Shown piece by piece: positions 1 to 13,242 of a stretch of 64,000 bases of DNA. The translations under genes and the position numbers were made by a program. The notes beneath the pieces were generated by a model that was not told the origin of the DNA, searched no databases, and saw nothing but the letters and a program-made list of their open reading frames with translations. Numbering within the stretch: position 1 is the first letter of the stretch; every line of letters starts with the position of its first letter. The DNA comes from Octopus sinensis (taxonomy: Eukaryota), in the NCBI RefSeq assembly GCF_006345805.1, contig NC_043006.1, forward strand, positions 27,838,001 through 27,902,000. The letters run 5' to 3'.

Positions 1-820
1 GTGTATGTCTGAAGTAGGTATGTATGTGTATGTATGTATGTGTGTGTGTGTGCAGGTATGTGTGTGTATGTGTGTGTGTGAGTAGGTGTGCGTGTATGTA
101 TGTGGGTAGGGATGCATGCGAGTGTGTGGGTATGTATGCATACATACGTACGCGCACATCCGAAGCAAGCCCACACGCACAAGCGCGCTCACGCACACAA
201 CGCACAAGCAGTACAACGCAAGCCCAAGGGGCCGACCAAGCCCCCAGCGCGCGCCAAGGCGCGCGAGCGCAAAGGCCCTCGAACGCCCCGCTACGCGGGA
301 ACCGAGGATCCATCAGCCAAAACCGGAAAGCAGAGAAAAGAGGGGGGGCTGCCTGGATGCAAAAAGGTGTGTGTGTGTGTGCATTCAGTGTAAGGGTGTG
401 CATGTGTGGGCATGTATGTATGTATGTGCCTACATGTATGTTTGCATGTGGTGTGTGAAGTATGACGTGCGGTGTGTGTGTGTGTGTGTGTGTGAGTGTG
501 TGTGTATGTATGTGCGTATGTATGTGTGTGTGTATGTGTGTATGTATGTCTGTGTGTGTGTGTGTGTGTAAGTATGTATGTGTGGCGTATGTATGTATGT
601 GTGTGTGTATGTGCATGTTGGTTTGTATGTTAGTGTGTGCTAGTATGTCTGTAAGTGTGTGTGATTAAATGTGTGAATGTATGTACGTAAATGGGTCTGC
701 GTATGTGTGTGTGTGAACAGGCGTGTGGGAGGTAGGTGGTGGGTGGTGTGTGGGAGGTAGGTGGGTGGGTGTGTGCGTGTGGGAGGAGGTGGGTGTGTGG
801 TGTGTGTGTGGGTGGTGTGC
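1..820. repeat. (TG)n/(TATG)n microsatellite, low complexity
   Basis: Direct reading; the CV/MY-rich ORFs here are translation artefacts of the repeat. Confidence 0.95.
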
Positions 821-864
821 AAAAAAAAAAAAAAAAAAAAAAAAAAAGCAGATCTCAAGAGGAG

Positions 865-3718
865 GGGGCTGTGTTAAGTCCGTGTGGGGTGGTAGTTTGT
901 AGGGTGAAGATGTAGCGTTGCTCCAAGTGGAGCCTGGAAAGTGGGCGACCTTGGGGGGGGCGAGACCAAACACTGAGATGTCATCTAGGGAATGGCCGGC
1001 CGAACGGAAGTGGCGTGCGACGGGAGAAAGAGAGTGTAGGCGAACGTCCCTTAAGTGCTCAGTGAAACGGTCGGACAACCGGCGTCCCGTCTGTCCTACA
1101 TACAGCATCCCGCATAGGTTGCATTTAATGCAGTAAATAAGGCCAGACGAGGTGCACGTAAAAGAGTGCCTAATGCGTACAGTGTGCAGGTTGGAGCCGG
1201 TGACAGCGGTGGTGTTGGTGATGAAGGGGCAAGTGTTGCAGCGGGATCTAGAGCAAGGGAATGATCCGTGTGGGGCTGAGGGGGGGAAGGAGAGAGGGTG
1301 CTGTGGACCAGGAGGTCACGCAGATTGCGGGCTCGTTTGAAAGAGGACAGGGGTAGGTTAGGGAAAATGGGGGGGTGGTGGGATCAAGCTGGAGGCGACG
1401 GAAGGCACGTAGTATCTTGCGACGAAGGGGTAGGGTAGAGGGGTGGAAAAGGAGGGGGAAGGGGGTGCGGTTGGGGGGTGGGCGGGGGGAAGGAGACAGG
1501 GCGGTAGTGCGGTCGATGCGACGGGCGCGGGTGAGGGCATCAGAGAGGAGTAGGGTGGGTAACCTCGGAGTCTGAACATGCGGGCCAGGTATTGAGATTG
1601 GGTCTCGAAATCCTGGTCGCGGCTGCACAAACGTCGGAGGCGGAGGAACTGGGAGTAGGGGATGGCTCGTTTGGTGTGGAAGGGGTGGGAGGAAGAGAAG
1701 TTGAGATAGAGGTGGGAATCCGTAGGTTTAAAAAAGGCGGTGGTGGTGAGAGATCTGGAGGGGTGATCGATGCGGAGAGAGATGTCAAGGAAGTTGACAG
1801 AGGTGTTGGAGATGGTGGAGGTGAATTGAAGGGAGGGGTGAAAGTTGGAAAGGAAAGAGATGAATTGGCAGAGAAGTTCACGGGAAAGGGAGGTGGCACC
1901 TACGCAGTCGTCGTCGATATAGCGACCGTATAGTTCGGGGGTCGGCCCAGAGAACTGGGAGAACACTTGGGCCTCAATGTAGCAAGAAAGAAAGAGACTG
2001 GCGAAATTGGGGCCCATCCTAGTTCCCATCGCGACCCCGGACACCTGTTGGTACGTTTCCCCGGCGAACGTGAAGCAATTGAGGGTGAGGACGAGCTCGG
2101 CCAAACGGAGAAGGGTGGGGGTGCTGGGGGTGGGGTCGGGACGACGGTCGAGGAAGTGTTGGAGGGGGCTAGGAGACCGTCATTGTGGGGAATCACTGTG
2201 TACAGGGATTTTACATCTAAAGTGAAGAGGAGGTGTGAGGGGCTGGAAGGGAAGGAAAAGGAATTGAAGAGACGGAGGGCGTGGTTGGTGTCGTGTATGT
2301 GGGATGGGAGGGCTGCGACTAAGGGGGACAGGATGCGGTCGAGGTATAGGGAGATGAGTTCAGTGGGGCAATTACAGGCAGAGACTATGGGACGGCCAGG
2401 ATTAGAGGGTTTATGGATCTTGGGAAGGAAGTAGATGGTGGAGGTGCGGGTGTGTGCGGACGATGAGGTTGGTGGCGGTGAGGGGGAGAGCGGAGGAGGA
2501 GATGAGGTCGTGGATGGTGGAGGACACTCGTTGTTGGTAGGAGGAGGTGGGATCGAGGGGAGGAGGCGATAGAAGAGTGGATTTTGAAGCTGGTTGAGCG
2601 CTTCCTCCCTGTATAGGTCCGCGCGCCACACTACCACTGCCCCGCCTTTGTCCGCCGGTTTGATGACAATGTCATCACGACGGCGGAGGTGGCGAAGGGC
2701 AATGGATTCGGCCCGAGTGAGGTTGGCTCGGCGGGGTCTTGGTTCAAAGTTGAAACGGTGGACCAAAGCGTTGCAGTCATGTACAAACGAATCTAGGCTA
2801 CTGAAAAGGCCTGGGGGGCGCGTCCAGATGGATGGACGACGCCCCAGCTCCAAAAAGCAATCCTGATTGTTTTGACGCTGCGGGGACGCGTGGTAGTATG
2901 CGCGAAGTTTGAGGCGGCGCAGGAACAGGTTGACGTCCGCCCGAGTCTCGAACTCATCACAGTGGCGCGTGAGTGGCGTGAAGCGGAGACCTTTACTGAG
3001 GAGGGAGCGCTCAGCGGCGAGGGGGAGGTGGGGGGTATAGTGACAACAGCGCGAGGAAGCGGGGTGGTGGGGAGACTAGGGGCAGGCGGGGGGTGCAGGG
3101 GTGTGAAGGGGAGGGTAGGGGTGGTTGGGTGAAGATGGGTTAGGCGTAGGAAGGTCACGGGGGGGGTCCGTGGAAGGGTGGGGTAGGTGCGAAGGAGGGG
3201 GGGGGGGGAGGGGGGGGGGAACAGTGGGGGAGGATGGGGAAGGGGGTGACGGGTTGAGGAGGAGGTGGAGTTTTTGTTTTTTGTGTGTGTGAGGTGGTTG
3301 TAGAGTTGGTGGTTGAGATTAAGAATGAAGCGGAGGATAGGTTGGGTGAAGAGTGGAGGGCAGAGGGCGGAGAGAAGGAGGTAGGCCTGGGGAAGTTGAT
3401 GGTCGAGGGAGTCAAGGAGGGGGCGGGTGGAGCGGATGGTGGCGCGGAGGAGGGAGCGGGAGGTCCGAGCGAGGGTGGGTTCGATGAAGGGGGGAATAGG
3501 AATAGGGGGTAGCGTGGAACTTCAAGAGGAAACCGCGGGGGTGTGACATGATGGCGGAGGCACCGGCTAAGAAAGGAAAGATGACTAGAGTGGCGGGTTT
3601 TCTTAAAAAGCAAGCGGGAAAGTTTTATAGCAGGTGCGGAACATTGTGGGGGGAAGAACGCGAGGTAGCGGCTGAGGAGGGATTGAAGGTGTTGGACGAA
3701 CGAGTGCAAGTCAGGCAT
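865..3718 (-). pseudogene. PLE RT/GIY-YIG polyprotein, frameshifted in this assembly
   Basis: ORF pieces 3155-4084, 1900-2853, 1358-2104 and 665-1108 each carry consecutive PLE motifs. Several breaks lie in or near G/C homopolymer runs. Confidence 0.85.
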
Positions 3719-4130
3719 GATGAGAGGTGGTGGCAACCAGGTAAAGGTGGGTGGTGGCGAAGCAGGAAAAAGGAGAGACAACAGGAAAACAACGAAAGAA
3801 GAAAAAGGGTGAAGACAGTTTGAAAACAATAGAAAAAAGTTGAAAAAAGTCAGGAAAGAGATTTGAGAGTCAACGGACAGATTAAGTAATGATTTTACAT
3901 CACGGTAAGCGGTACTCCGGAAGAAAGTTGCGGGTGATCCGTAGGTCAGGAAGAATGGTAACAATAATCCGTAGGTGCAAAAAATCCGAGAGTTGGTATC
4001 CAAGGTACAGGGGTCCGTGTAGGCGCGCAGTGGTATAATTTTAATCCAAAAGGGAAACAAAAAAAACAACAACAACAGGAACAATTACAGTATTATTATT
4101 AATAGGCGCTCAGGAGATGGAAGCAGGGAG

Positions 4131-4165
4131 GTATGACGTTTCGAGCGGAGCTCTTCGTCGGAAAC
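4131..4165 (-). ncRNA. Minimal type I hammerhead-like motif of the PLE pLTR (U4-to-C variant)
   Basis: Minus strand reads GTTT-CCGACGA-A-GAGC-TCC-GCTC-GAAA-CG-TC-ATAC: 4-bp stem II, palindromic ACGT stem III, GUC site; stem I has one mismatch. Confidence 0.65.
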
Positions 4166-4319
4166 ATAAAGAAGGAAGAGAGAGGAAAGAAAGATCCCAG
4201 AGCGGGCAACAGGAAAGAGAAAAAAGACGACTGGTGTTTACGAGTTGCACATGGTGAAGGGGATGTTGACGATAACAAGAGCAAAGTGGGTTTTTAAAGC
4301 AAAAGAGTGGAGACAAGGT

Positions 4320-5350
4320 TGGTAACCCAACAGATGTGTGTGTATGTGTGAGTGTGTGCAGTGTGCGTGTGTGTATGTGTGTGTGTGAGGCGAGATGAAA
4401 AAAAAACAAAAAAAATATAGGTGTGTTAGTGTGTGCGTCTGTGTGTAGGCGTGTGTGAGGTAGGGCGAGACTAGTGGTCAGCTAGCAGACAAGAAAAAGA
4501 AGGAAGGAGGAAGGGAGGTCAGTAAAGAAAAAGAAGGAAGGAGGAAGGGAGGGAGGGGAAGGGGTGGGGGGGGCGTATGTAGCGTGCCAGCGTGTGTTGA
4601 GTAGTAGGTGTGTGTGTGTCCAGTGTCGTGGTGGTATTAATGAGTAGATTGAATGTGTGTAAGAGTGATGTATATATATAGGCAAGGTGGTATATGTGTG
4701 CGCGTGTGTGTAACGAAAAAAGGGGGGGTAAGGAAAAAGGACTCCAGCTGAGGGGAAGATGGAAGAGTGGTACCGCGGAGACGGCGTGGGAAAACCCAAC
4801 GGACACGCGACGGTCCCAGGAACGGGCGGGAGGTCTCGTCAGGTCAAGGGCGAGGTGTATGCGACGCGTATGCAACGCGAGCCGGCGTAAGTGCGTATGT
4901 GCGCGTGCCTGCGAGTATGCGAGTACGTATGTATGTGTGTAGATGTGTGAGTGTTGTCTGTGTGTATGTCTGGGTGGCAGTGTGTGCGATGAATGTATGT
5001 GAGTATGTGTGTATGTATGTGTGTGCATAGATGTATGTCCGTGGTGTGTGTGTATGTGTGTGAGTGTGTATGTATGTACGTGTGGGTGTGGGGAAGTGTG
5101 TGTATGTGCATGTGTGTGCGCGTACATACAGGTGTGTGAGTAAGTGTGTGTATGTATGTGTGAGTGTGTATGTATGTGTGTGTCGGATGCATGTATGTGT
5201 ATGGGTGTATGTATGCGTGTGTGTATGTATGATGTGTACGTGCGTGTGTGTGTGTGTATGCGTGTAGGTGTGCGCGTGTGCATGCATGCATGCATGGCGT
5301 ATGGTGTGTTGTGTGTCATGTGTGGGTATATATGTATGTGCGTATATATA
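4320..5350. repeat. (TG)n/(TATG)n microsatellites with interspersed purine-rich PLE-like fragments
   Basis: Direct reading. Confidence 0.85.
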
Positions 5351-5386
5351 TATAATCAAAATAAGCAACAAGGATATCCAGAGGTA

Positions 5387-5475
5387 ATGCAGTACGATTG
5401 TTTCATGTGACTTCATTTAATTGAACAATGCAAACATTACATCAATTTAAAATGTAGAGCAATCTTCAGCTGCAT
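5387..5475 (-). ncRNA. Type I hammerhead ribozyme motif with degenerate stem II base
   Basis: Minus strand: ATGCAG-CTGAAGA-[long AT hairpin]-GAAA-CAATCG-TA-CTGCAT. Perfect 6-bp stem I and a GUA site. Homologous copy at 28029-28116. Confidence 0.7.
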
Positions 5476-6091
5476 AAAAACATAGAATTTAATTAAATTT
5501 GAAGGACACATTAGTATAATTATACTAATTAGTAATTAATTTTCGCCATTATATCATTTTTATATATATATTGATAGTTATAAGTTATGATAGTTATTAA
5601 TTATTATATCTATTTATTTAGAATGATTTATTATTATTTTTATAAAGGGATCTAACGTATTACATTTAATTTGAGAATTAATTTTGTTAGACAATATATT
5701 ATGTAATAAATTAGGTGCTATATTTATTAAATAGGATTAAATTTAAGTAAATTAGTTTTTATATTAATTGATATTTTGGCCAACTATATTATTGAGTGAT
5801 ATATTAAATCTATAGAAACTACACATATATATTAATTATATACTTAGTTTATTTAAGGATTGTGTCTATGTTTGAATCATTTCTTATTTTGATTCCAATA
5901 ATAATGGCTTGTACTAGCATTGTGTATATTAATTAATTTTAAAGTATTGTATAATTTAAGTATTGTATTTAGTTTTCACTTAATGTATATTTAGTATCTT
6001 ATATATATATATTTTAAAGAATATATCTATAATTTAAAAGATTATTTAAGTATATTTATTAATTAATTATTTTATAATTGTAGTTTATTTT

Positions 6092-6195
6092 TAACCTGAT
6101 GAGTGGCTATATTTATATAGAAGTGATTTTACTACCACTATCAATTTTTTTACTATAATCATTTCTTAAATATAGCCACGAAACACGTGTCGTTA
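6092..6195 (+). ncRNA. Type I hammerhead ribozyme with extended stem II
   Basis: TAAC-CTGATGA-GTGGCTATATTTA...TAAATATAGCCAC-GAAA-CACGTG-TC-GTTA: canonical core, perfect 13-bp stem II base, palindromic ACACGTGT stem III, GUC site, predicted cleavage after 6191. Confidence 0.9.
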
Positions 6196-6576
6196 TTCTA
6201 CCAAATATATATGTTTTATTTATTATTTTGCACATTATGTAATCATCGGTATATTATTGTTATTTTCTATTTAATATTTCTATTTATGTAATTTTCTAGA
6301 TGGTGTAATTTAATTGTTCATTTTGAATTGATAAAAGGTGTTTTTTTTCTAATTTATATATATATATATATATTTATACATATATATTTATATATATTTA
6401 TACATATATACCATGGCCACAGCTCAAGAGCTGAAACTGGAAAACATAAAACATAATATCAATTTATATATATATATATATATATAATATATATATATAT
6501 CTGCATCAATTTAAATATATCTATATCTATCTATATATATATATATATATATATATATCAATATCTATATATATAG

Positions 6577-6780
6577 ATGCCCTTCCTAACGCCAACCACT
6601 CCCAGAGCACCCACTACACTCTCGGAGTGGTTGGCGTTAGGAAGGGCATTCAGCTGTAGAAATTCTGCCAGATCAAGACTGGAGCCTGGTGCAGCCATCT
6701 GGTTGCCATCCCTCAGTCAAAACCGTTCAACCCATGCTAGCATGGAAAACGGTCGTTAAATGATGATGATGATGATGATA
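6577..6780 (+). mobile_element. RTE LINE 3' tail fragment with a 5' inversion (26-bp hairpin)
   Basis: ATGCCCTTCCTAACGCCAACCACTCC (6577-6602) is inverted at 6624-6649. The piece ends in a (GAT)n tail like other RTE 3' ends in the window. Confidence 0.75.
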
Positions 6781-7147
6781 TCTAATATATATGTAAACGG
6801 CAAAATGTCTGTGTATGTGTGTCCTTTATACAAATCCACAATTTTTCAGTTAGAGGGCTTGCCCTTTCTATGGTCATTCAAAACCGTCCAAGTGTGGTTG
6901 TGCACATCTTTACATTTCCCCAGTCACCACGCAAAGCGATTAAAAAATCAATAGAAGTGACTTTTTTTGTGAATTTTCTATCCAAAACCCAATCAACATG
7001 CCCGAAACTTGATACGCCAACTGAATGCCAGCTAGCTGTATGTGATTGGTCGGAGATTTGGACAGTACTCACGTGTATGTGCGCATGCACGCAGCTGTAT
7101 ATGCATGCACCAGCAGTATGACCCGGCAACGCCGGGTCATAGTGCTA

Positions 7148-7148
<1 letters not shown>
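6781..7148 (+). mobile_element. Non-autonomous Helitron
   Basis: 5' A|TC start, 3' hairpin ATGACCCGGC-AAC-GCCGGGTCAT (7118-7140), terminal CTAG|T, inserted between A and T. Confidence 0.8.
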
Positions 7149-7185
<37 letters not shown>

Positions 7186-7187
<2 letters not shown>

Positions 7188-7359
7188 TGTTGTGTCTGGG
7201 GAGAGTCATTTTCTTATTGTGCCTTATAATATAACACTCACCGGTAAAATCTCCAATTTTTTCTTATTTATATTTTCCTCTGACTCTCCCCAGACACAAC
7301 AGAATATGCTTCAACACACGAACTCACATAAAGAATCTTGCAAACCAAATCCAAAAACG

Positions 7360-7362
<3 letters not shown>
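7186..7362. mobile_element. PLE-type terminal fragment with an inverted junction
   Basis: CTGTTGTGTCTGGGGAGAGTCA / TGACTCTCCCCAGACACAACAG inverted repeat set in (TA)n; same family as 32545-32785. Confidence 0.55.
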
Positions 7363-7398
<36 letters not shown>

Positions 7399-8060
7399 CA
7401 CAAAATGCAGTTACAACCCAACCTGGCATTAAAGTCAACATACAGGTAGATTTTGTCACCAGTTAGTACAGAAGTCATTTCTAAAATTCTCATAGGAAAG
7501 AGATACAAGTTTCTTCTATTGAATGAAGAGTTGGTGCATATACAGAGAAGAAAGTCACATGACACCACCAGACAGTGGTAGGTGGAATTTAACAATACTA
7601 TCAGTCACATTGGATGGCAGCTAGTCTGATAGTGAGGATATTCCTGATCACAAAATGAATGCTCCCCTTTTGCTTCTTATCTCTTGGTTTGCCAACCTAA
7701 AACTAACAGTAGCTACAATCTAATTCAATTAGTTGAACTTCCTCCAACCACTTACATCTCAGAAAGAGCAGCAATATCTATCTTGTATCAGTCAAGCTTT
7801 ACCACAACAAAAGCAGCACAATGATAGGGTCTGCTGAATTTTTTATGATCCAACAAGGTTGACTCATTTCAATAGTACATCTTTTGATGTATCTTAACAT
7901 CTCTTGATATATCTTATACTGGTTTGCTTTTACATTTACTTTTTTGTAACTGTAGCTCCCACTGAACTGAAAGTCATCAGATGCAGTAAATTGATTAGCT
8001 TGTTGGGTAGGTGATGCTTGAAACACCTTTTTCAACCCCCAACTAGTAACTAGCGTGCAG

Positions 8061-9655
8061 TCATCATCATCATCATCCTCATTTAACGTCCGCTTTCCAT
8101 GCTAGCATGGGTTGGACGATTTGACTGAGGACAGGCAAACCAGATGGCTGCACCAGGCTCCAATCTGATCTGGCAGTTTCTACAGTTGGATGCCCTTCCT
8201 AATGCCAACCACTCCGAGAGTGTAGTGGGTGCTTTTACGTGCCACTGGCACTAGGGCCAGTCAGGTAGTACTGGCAATGGCCACGTTCAAATTGTGTTTT
8301 TTATGTGCCACCTGCACAGGAGTCAGTCCAGCGGCACTGGCACAAGTGCCAGTAAGGCAGTGCTGGTAACAATGATGTTCAAATGGTGCTTTTTATGTGC
8401 CACCAGCACAGAAACCAGACAGCTGCTCTGGCATTGATCCTGCTTGGATGGAGCTGTTAGCGCTCCACTGACACAGGTGTCAGTTATCAAATTTGGTTCA
8501 ATTTCAGGTCTTCGCAAGCAGAGTTTTGTGTCCAAAGAAGGAAAGGTACGTGTAAGTGGGCTGGCTACATCCCTGGTAAAGGCCACAGGTTATGGTCTCA
8601 CTTGTCTTGCCAGGTCTTCTCATGCACTGCATATTTCCAAAGGCCTTGGTCTCTAGTCATTGCCTTGGTGAGGCCTAATGTTCGAACGTCATGCTTCACC
8701 ACCTCATCCCAGGTTTTCCTGAGTCTACCTCTTCCACAGGTTTCCTCAGCTGCTAGGGTGTGGCACATTTTCACACAGCTATCCTCATCCATTCTCGCCA
8801 CATGACCATACCAGCGCAATCATCTCTCTTGCACACCACAACTGATGCTTCTTAGGCCCAACTTTTCTCTCAAAGTATTTACACTCTGTTGCGTATGTAC
8901 ACTGACATTACACATCCATCGGAGCATACTGGCTTCATTCCTTGCGAGCTTATGCATGTCCTCAGCAGTCACGGCCCATGTTTCACTGCTAGGTAGCATG
9001 GCTGTTTGTACATATGCATCATACAGTCTGCCTTTTACTCTGAGCGAGAGGCTCTTTGTTACCAGAAGAGGTAAGAACTCTCTGAACTTTGCCCAGGCTA
9101 TTCTTATTCTAGCAGTTACACTTTCAGCGCACCCTTCCCTGCTACTGACTTGGTCACCTAGGTAACGGAAGCTATCAACTACTTCTAGTTTTTCTCCCTG
9201 GATTGTGGCAGAAGTTGTTCTCTGTACATTTTCAGTGTTTATTGCTCCTGAGCATCTACTACATATAAAAACTATCTTCCTAATTAGCCTTCCTTTGATA
9301 TTGCTGCACCTCTTATGTGTCCATAGCTTACACTGGGTACTTCTTATGGAGTTTCTACCTACGCCTTTTCTACAGATCAAGCAGAGTCATCTACCTGAAG
9401 GGGTTTGTGGTTTTGACTACCTTCCTACTTATTAGGACTTTGGTTTTAGCTAGGATGACTCTAAGGCCCTTTGATTCTAATCCTTGCTTCCACACCTGAA
9501 ACTTCTCTAGTTCTGATAGTGACTCAGAAATTAGAGCAAGGTCATCAGCATAGAGGAGCTCCCAGGGGCATCCTGTCTTGAATTCCTCTGTTATTGCCTG
9601 GAGGACTATGATAAATAGGAGGGGGCTGAGGACTGAACCTTGGCCCTTCTTGAAT
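8061..9655 (-). mobile_element. 5'-truncated RTE-clade LINE (RT C-terminus and 3' UTR)
   Basis: ORFs 8820-9380 (EVVDSFRYLG, RIRIAWAKF) and 8598-8819 (RWYGHVARM, GRGRLRKTW); (CAT)n tail at 8061. Confidence 0.9.
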
Positions 9656-12600
9656 AAGGCTGCTCAGTCGCAAAGACTTCCACCCAAAATATTGTTTACA
9701 AGGCCCATATGACCCTTGGGAATCCACATATGATTTTGTTGTTAGAATTTATGTGCAATAAATTGGTTATACTTCTACAGTAAACAAAATAGCTCAATTT
9801 TTTATACAATTCCTAATAATATTTAACTAAAAAAATATTGTAGAATTTTTTTATATACAGCAAATGGCTATGGAGGTCCAGTAGAGTAGAATAGGAATCA
9901 AAGTGGTCCATAGGTAAAAAAATGGTAAAGAACCACTGATTTGGAGTATCACTATTGAAAAAAGATGGGATAGTCATGACAGAGATGTGTGTCATCACAG
10001 ATCTACTCAACCAGTACTGACTTCAGATTAAATAACCCAAACTACATCTTATAGAAACTAATCCTATCTTCTAACTTTACTAATCAATTTCTCACATGAC
10101 TTGTGAGCCAAAGCCAAAGCCTCTATAATTGGAATTACTCATCTGCAGAGCATTACTTTTACCCTCATAGCAGTTTACACGGCTAGTCACTGAGCTAATA
10201 TTTCCCACCCCCTCTCACCTCCTTATTAAATAATTATTAATATATGTTTAGTTTCTGTTATCCACAATGGACCTTTAACTTTCCTTATTGCTTCCGAGAG
10301 AATTATTGTAAACATAGGAAAACCTTATCCATAGTTAAATTTAGCTACACATAATGGTTTCCAGTTACTGCTGTCAGATCTTATAAGTATGATTATAGTT
10401 ATATTCAGCAGTATCATCACACAATTATTACTATAATTTAATGTCTATGTTCCATGGTGGCATAAGTTGGATGGTTTGACAGGATCTGATGGGTCCAAGG
10501 GCTGCACCATGATACTGTACATGTTTTGGCATAGTTTCTATAGCTCGATGCTCTCCCTTATGCCAACCACTTTACAGCATATACTGAGTGGGGTTTTTTT
10601 GTGTGTGTGTGCCACCAGCAGTTCTCAAGTAACAAAGATTACATGCATAACATATACACTCAGCCTATAATAAAGACCAGTCAAATATCATTTTAAATGA
10701 GGAAGGACACTTTGGATAGTGTAGTTATAGATATACTAGGTCTAAAAAAAGATGAGATGATTATAGGTCAAATCAGAGTAGATCTAAGGCTAAACAAAAC
10801 ATGCAATCCCATTATGTAAATTCATCACTATAGAACTAATATCATTTAAAGGAAAGTGTGTGGGGGGTGACTTTATGATTCATGAGTCAATGTTAATTCA
10901 GGAAATCACCATCACTGTGCATGTGAATGATATCCAGTAAGAAATTAGGAATTAAAGTCAAAACTTTTTGCAATAATATAATAGATCAAAACGTGTGAAG
11001 GGAATCTGTGTTGCAAACCTAACCAACATTTTATCAATATGGTGACTGGATACCAAGATTATATTATAGTTTTAGATTCAATTTTTCATGTTTGCATGGG
11101 TTGGATAAACCTGCCAATTGGTACATTTTCAAGAATCGCTGATGTCATGTGTTTCAACTGCTTCTACTGTCATTTATTCTATATAAAATTAATAATAGTA
11201 CTATATATGTTTAACTGGAGTTACTGAGATGAGCAATGTGATTTGGTTGTGTGACTTGTACTTTGATTATGTGACTTGTACTTTGATCACTCAGCCATTA
11301 CATCTGCAACTTCTCATTTATCGATCTATTGAACGTACATTAGTAATAAAGGTAGATATGGCTGGGGTACTATCATTACGATAATCTAAACAAAAACATT
11401 GTATATAAATATATAGTAGAGGCTTTATACAAGTCATCAATGGTTTGACGGAATCACTAAGTTGAAATGATTGGCTTTTGGGGTTGCAAAGAATAAAAAT
11501 TAGAACATTTTTTCTAGCTTTCCCAGTATTTATGCTTATGCATCTCCGCACAACTAACCCTAACTACTTGCTACGAACAAAATTCGCGTCTGTTGAGAGG
11601 AAAGACAATTTCAACAATTTGAATGCCAAATAAATGATGACAATCAAGAATTTCAACTACATAACACTTTCACGTGGTTACAAAGTGACCAGACAATCTG
11701 TAACACCTTGTGTGGCTAATAATAGAGTGAGCTTCTTTTGTCTCTTACTCTACTACACTGCAAACAAAAGATTTATTAGACACCTCAACATATATCAGAT
11801 TGTTTGTATCATTCCCCAACCTCACTCGCTTTCACGTTAACAGTAGACAATAATCACACGCAACTGGTGACATACGTAGGTGGATGAACAACTTACAGGA
11901 CAATTATAATTACAATTCAACATTATCTCAAATTAACATGACTTGTTGCAGTAATCTAATATAATTTTCAATTTTTGAGGAATAACAAGCTGACACCAAT
12001 ATTCGCTAATTCTTGGAAGTTTCGAAAATCTAGCGTCGAGCTTGGTCAGTAAAAAAGAAACATGTAAAATATGTATTTTCACACAGGATATGGAAACACT
12101 CATTGGAGAATTAAAGCACAATATTCGAACGGAAAGTGTTTTGCTCTGATAGATATAGTAAATCCTAATTTGAATATGCTAAAATTATCAGCTTACAATT
12201 CTGGATAGGGTACAAATAATAAACTGTGAATGGTAATTAATAAATTCAAACAAATTGCTTTTACCAATAAAATTTTGGGAAAACAAACCATTAAAGCGAT
12301 TTTACCGTTAGTTCTAGGTATGGGTTGTTTGCGGGCAAATAGGAAAACATAAAAGAAAATAGTTCTATTAAAATCAAAAAATATAAATTTAAAACGATTT
12401 CAGTGATATCAGGATGGAAATGGATAAAATATTAACATTACAAAAGAGCAAAGAATTATATGAAAAGACAATGACAAACGTGGGAATATTGTTAACTGGG
12501 AAATTGGGAAACTTAATATGAAGATTAAAGCTAAAGTTATGAACACAAGAATGATGAATAATGTCAAACACTTAACTAGCATCCGTCCCATTTTGATTGT

Positions 12601-13011
12601 TTACGCCTAAATTGAAAATACTGAACAACTGAGGAGACAGTGCAAACTCCTCACACATAAAAATCTCAAGCTACGAAATAAATTTTCTAAAACAAGGAAC
12701 TCACATATGTAATATTGTAAATCATACATAAATGAATTTGTTTCTGTATTGTTAACAGTAATATTAAAAATAAAGAAATAACCAGTGTAGGCGGTGTAAA
12801 GAACTCGCGATTGCTAACTAGAATGGCAGAATTGGGTCATACACTAGTGATTAAAATAGTAATTTATTACCATTTGGAATCATTTTAATAAAGTTTTCAA
12901 TTATCAGAACAATAATTACAAGTTAAGAAACACTATTCTGTAAACTAAATGTGTAAATAAATAGAATCATTTCAGAAACGAAGAAACAAATTATGGAAGT
13001 TGGGCTCTTCA

Positions 13012-13242
<231 letters not shown>

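Larger units (their letters stand above)
860..4310 (-). mobile_element. Penelope-like retroelement (PLE), near full length: N-terminal region, RT, GIY-YIG endonuclease, upstream pLTR with hammerhead
   Basis: Minus-strand motifs in order across frameshifts: HLSFLSRCLRHHV (ATG near 3718), IVIKPADKGGAVVVW, YFLPKIHKPSNPGRPIVSAC, LLFTLDVKSLYT, GVAMGTRMGP, RYIDD, VNFLDI, SSSHPFHTKRAIP, LIYCIKCNLCGMLYVGQTGRRLSDRFTEH, and LEQRYIFTLQTTTPHGLN. Visibly more GC-rich than the rest of the window. Confidence 0.93.

Noticed and set aside
24-858. Multiple ORFs rich in C/V/M/Y or H/T (also 4519-5416 and 53922-54896)
   Set aside because: Translations of (TG)n, (CA)n and (TA)n microsatellites.
1375-3823. Long G/E/R-rich plus-strand ORFs
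   Set aside because: Antisense shadows of the GC-rich, strand-skewed PLE coding region.
4795-4848. CTGACGA on the - strand with a GAC..GTC stem followed by GCGTGTC
   Set aside because: Looks like a hammerhead that lost AAACA, but GAAA is absent and stem I is unconvincing; at best a decayed or mis-sequenced copy.
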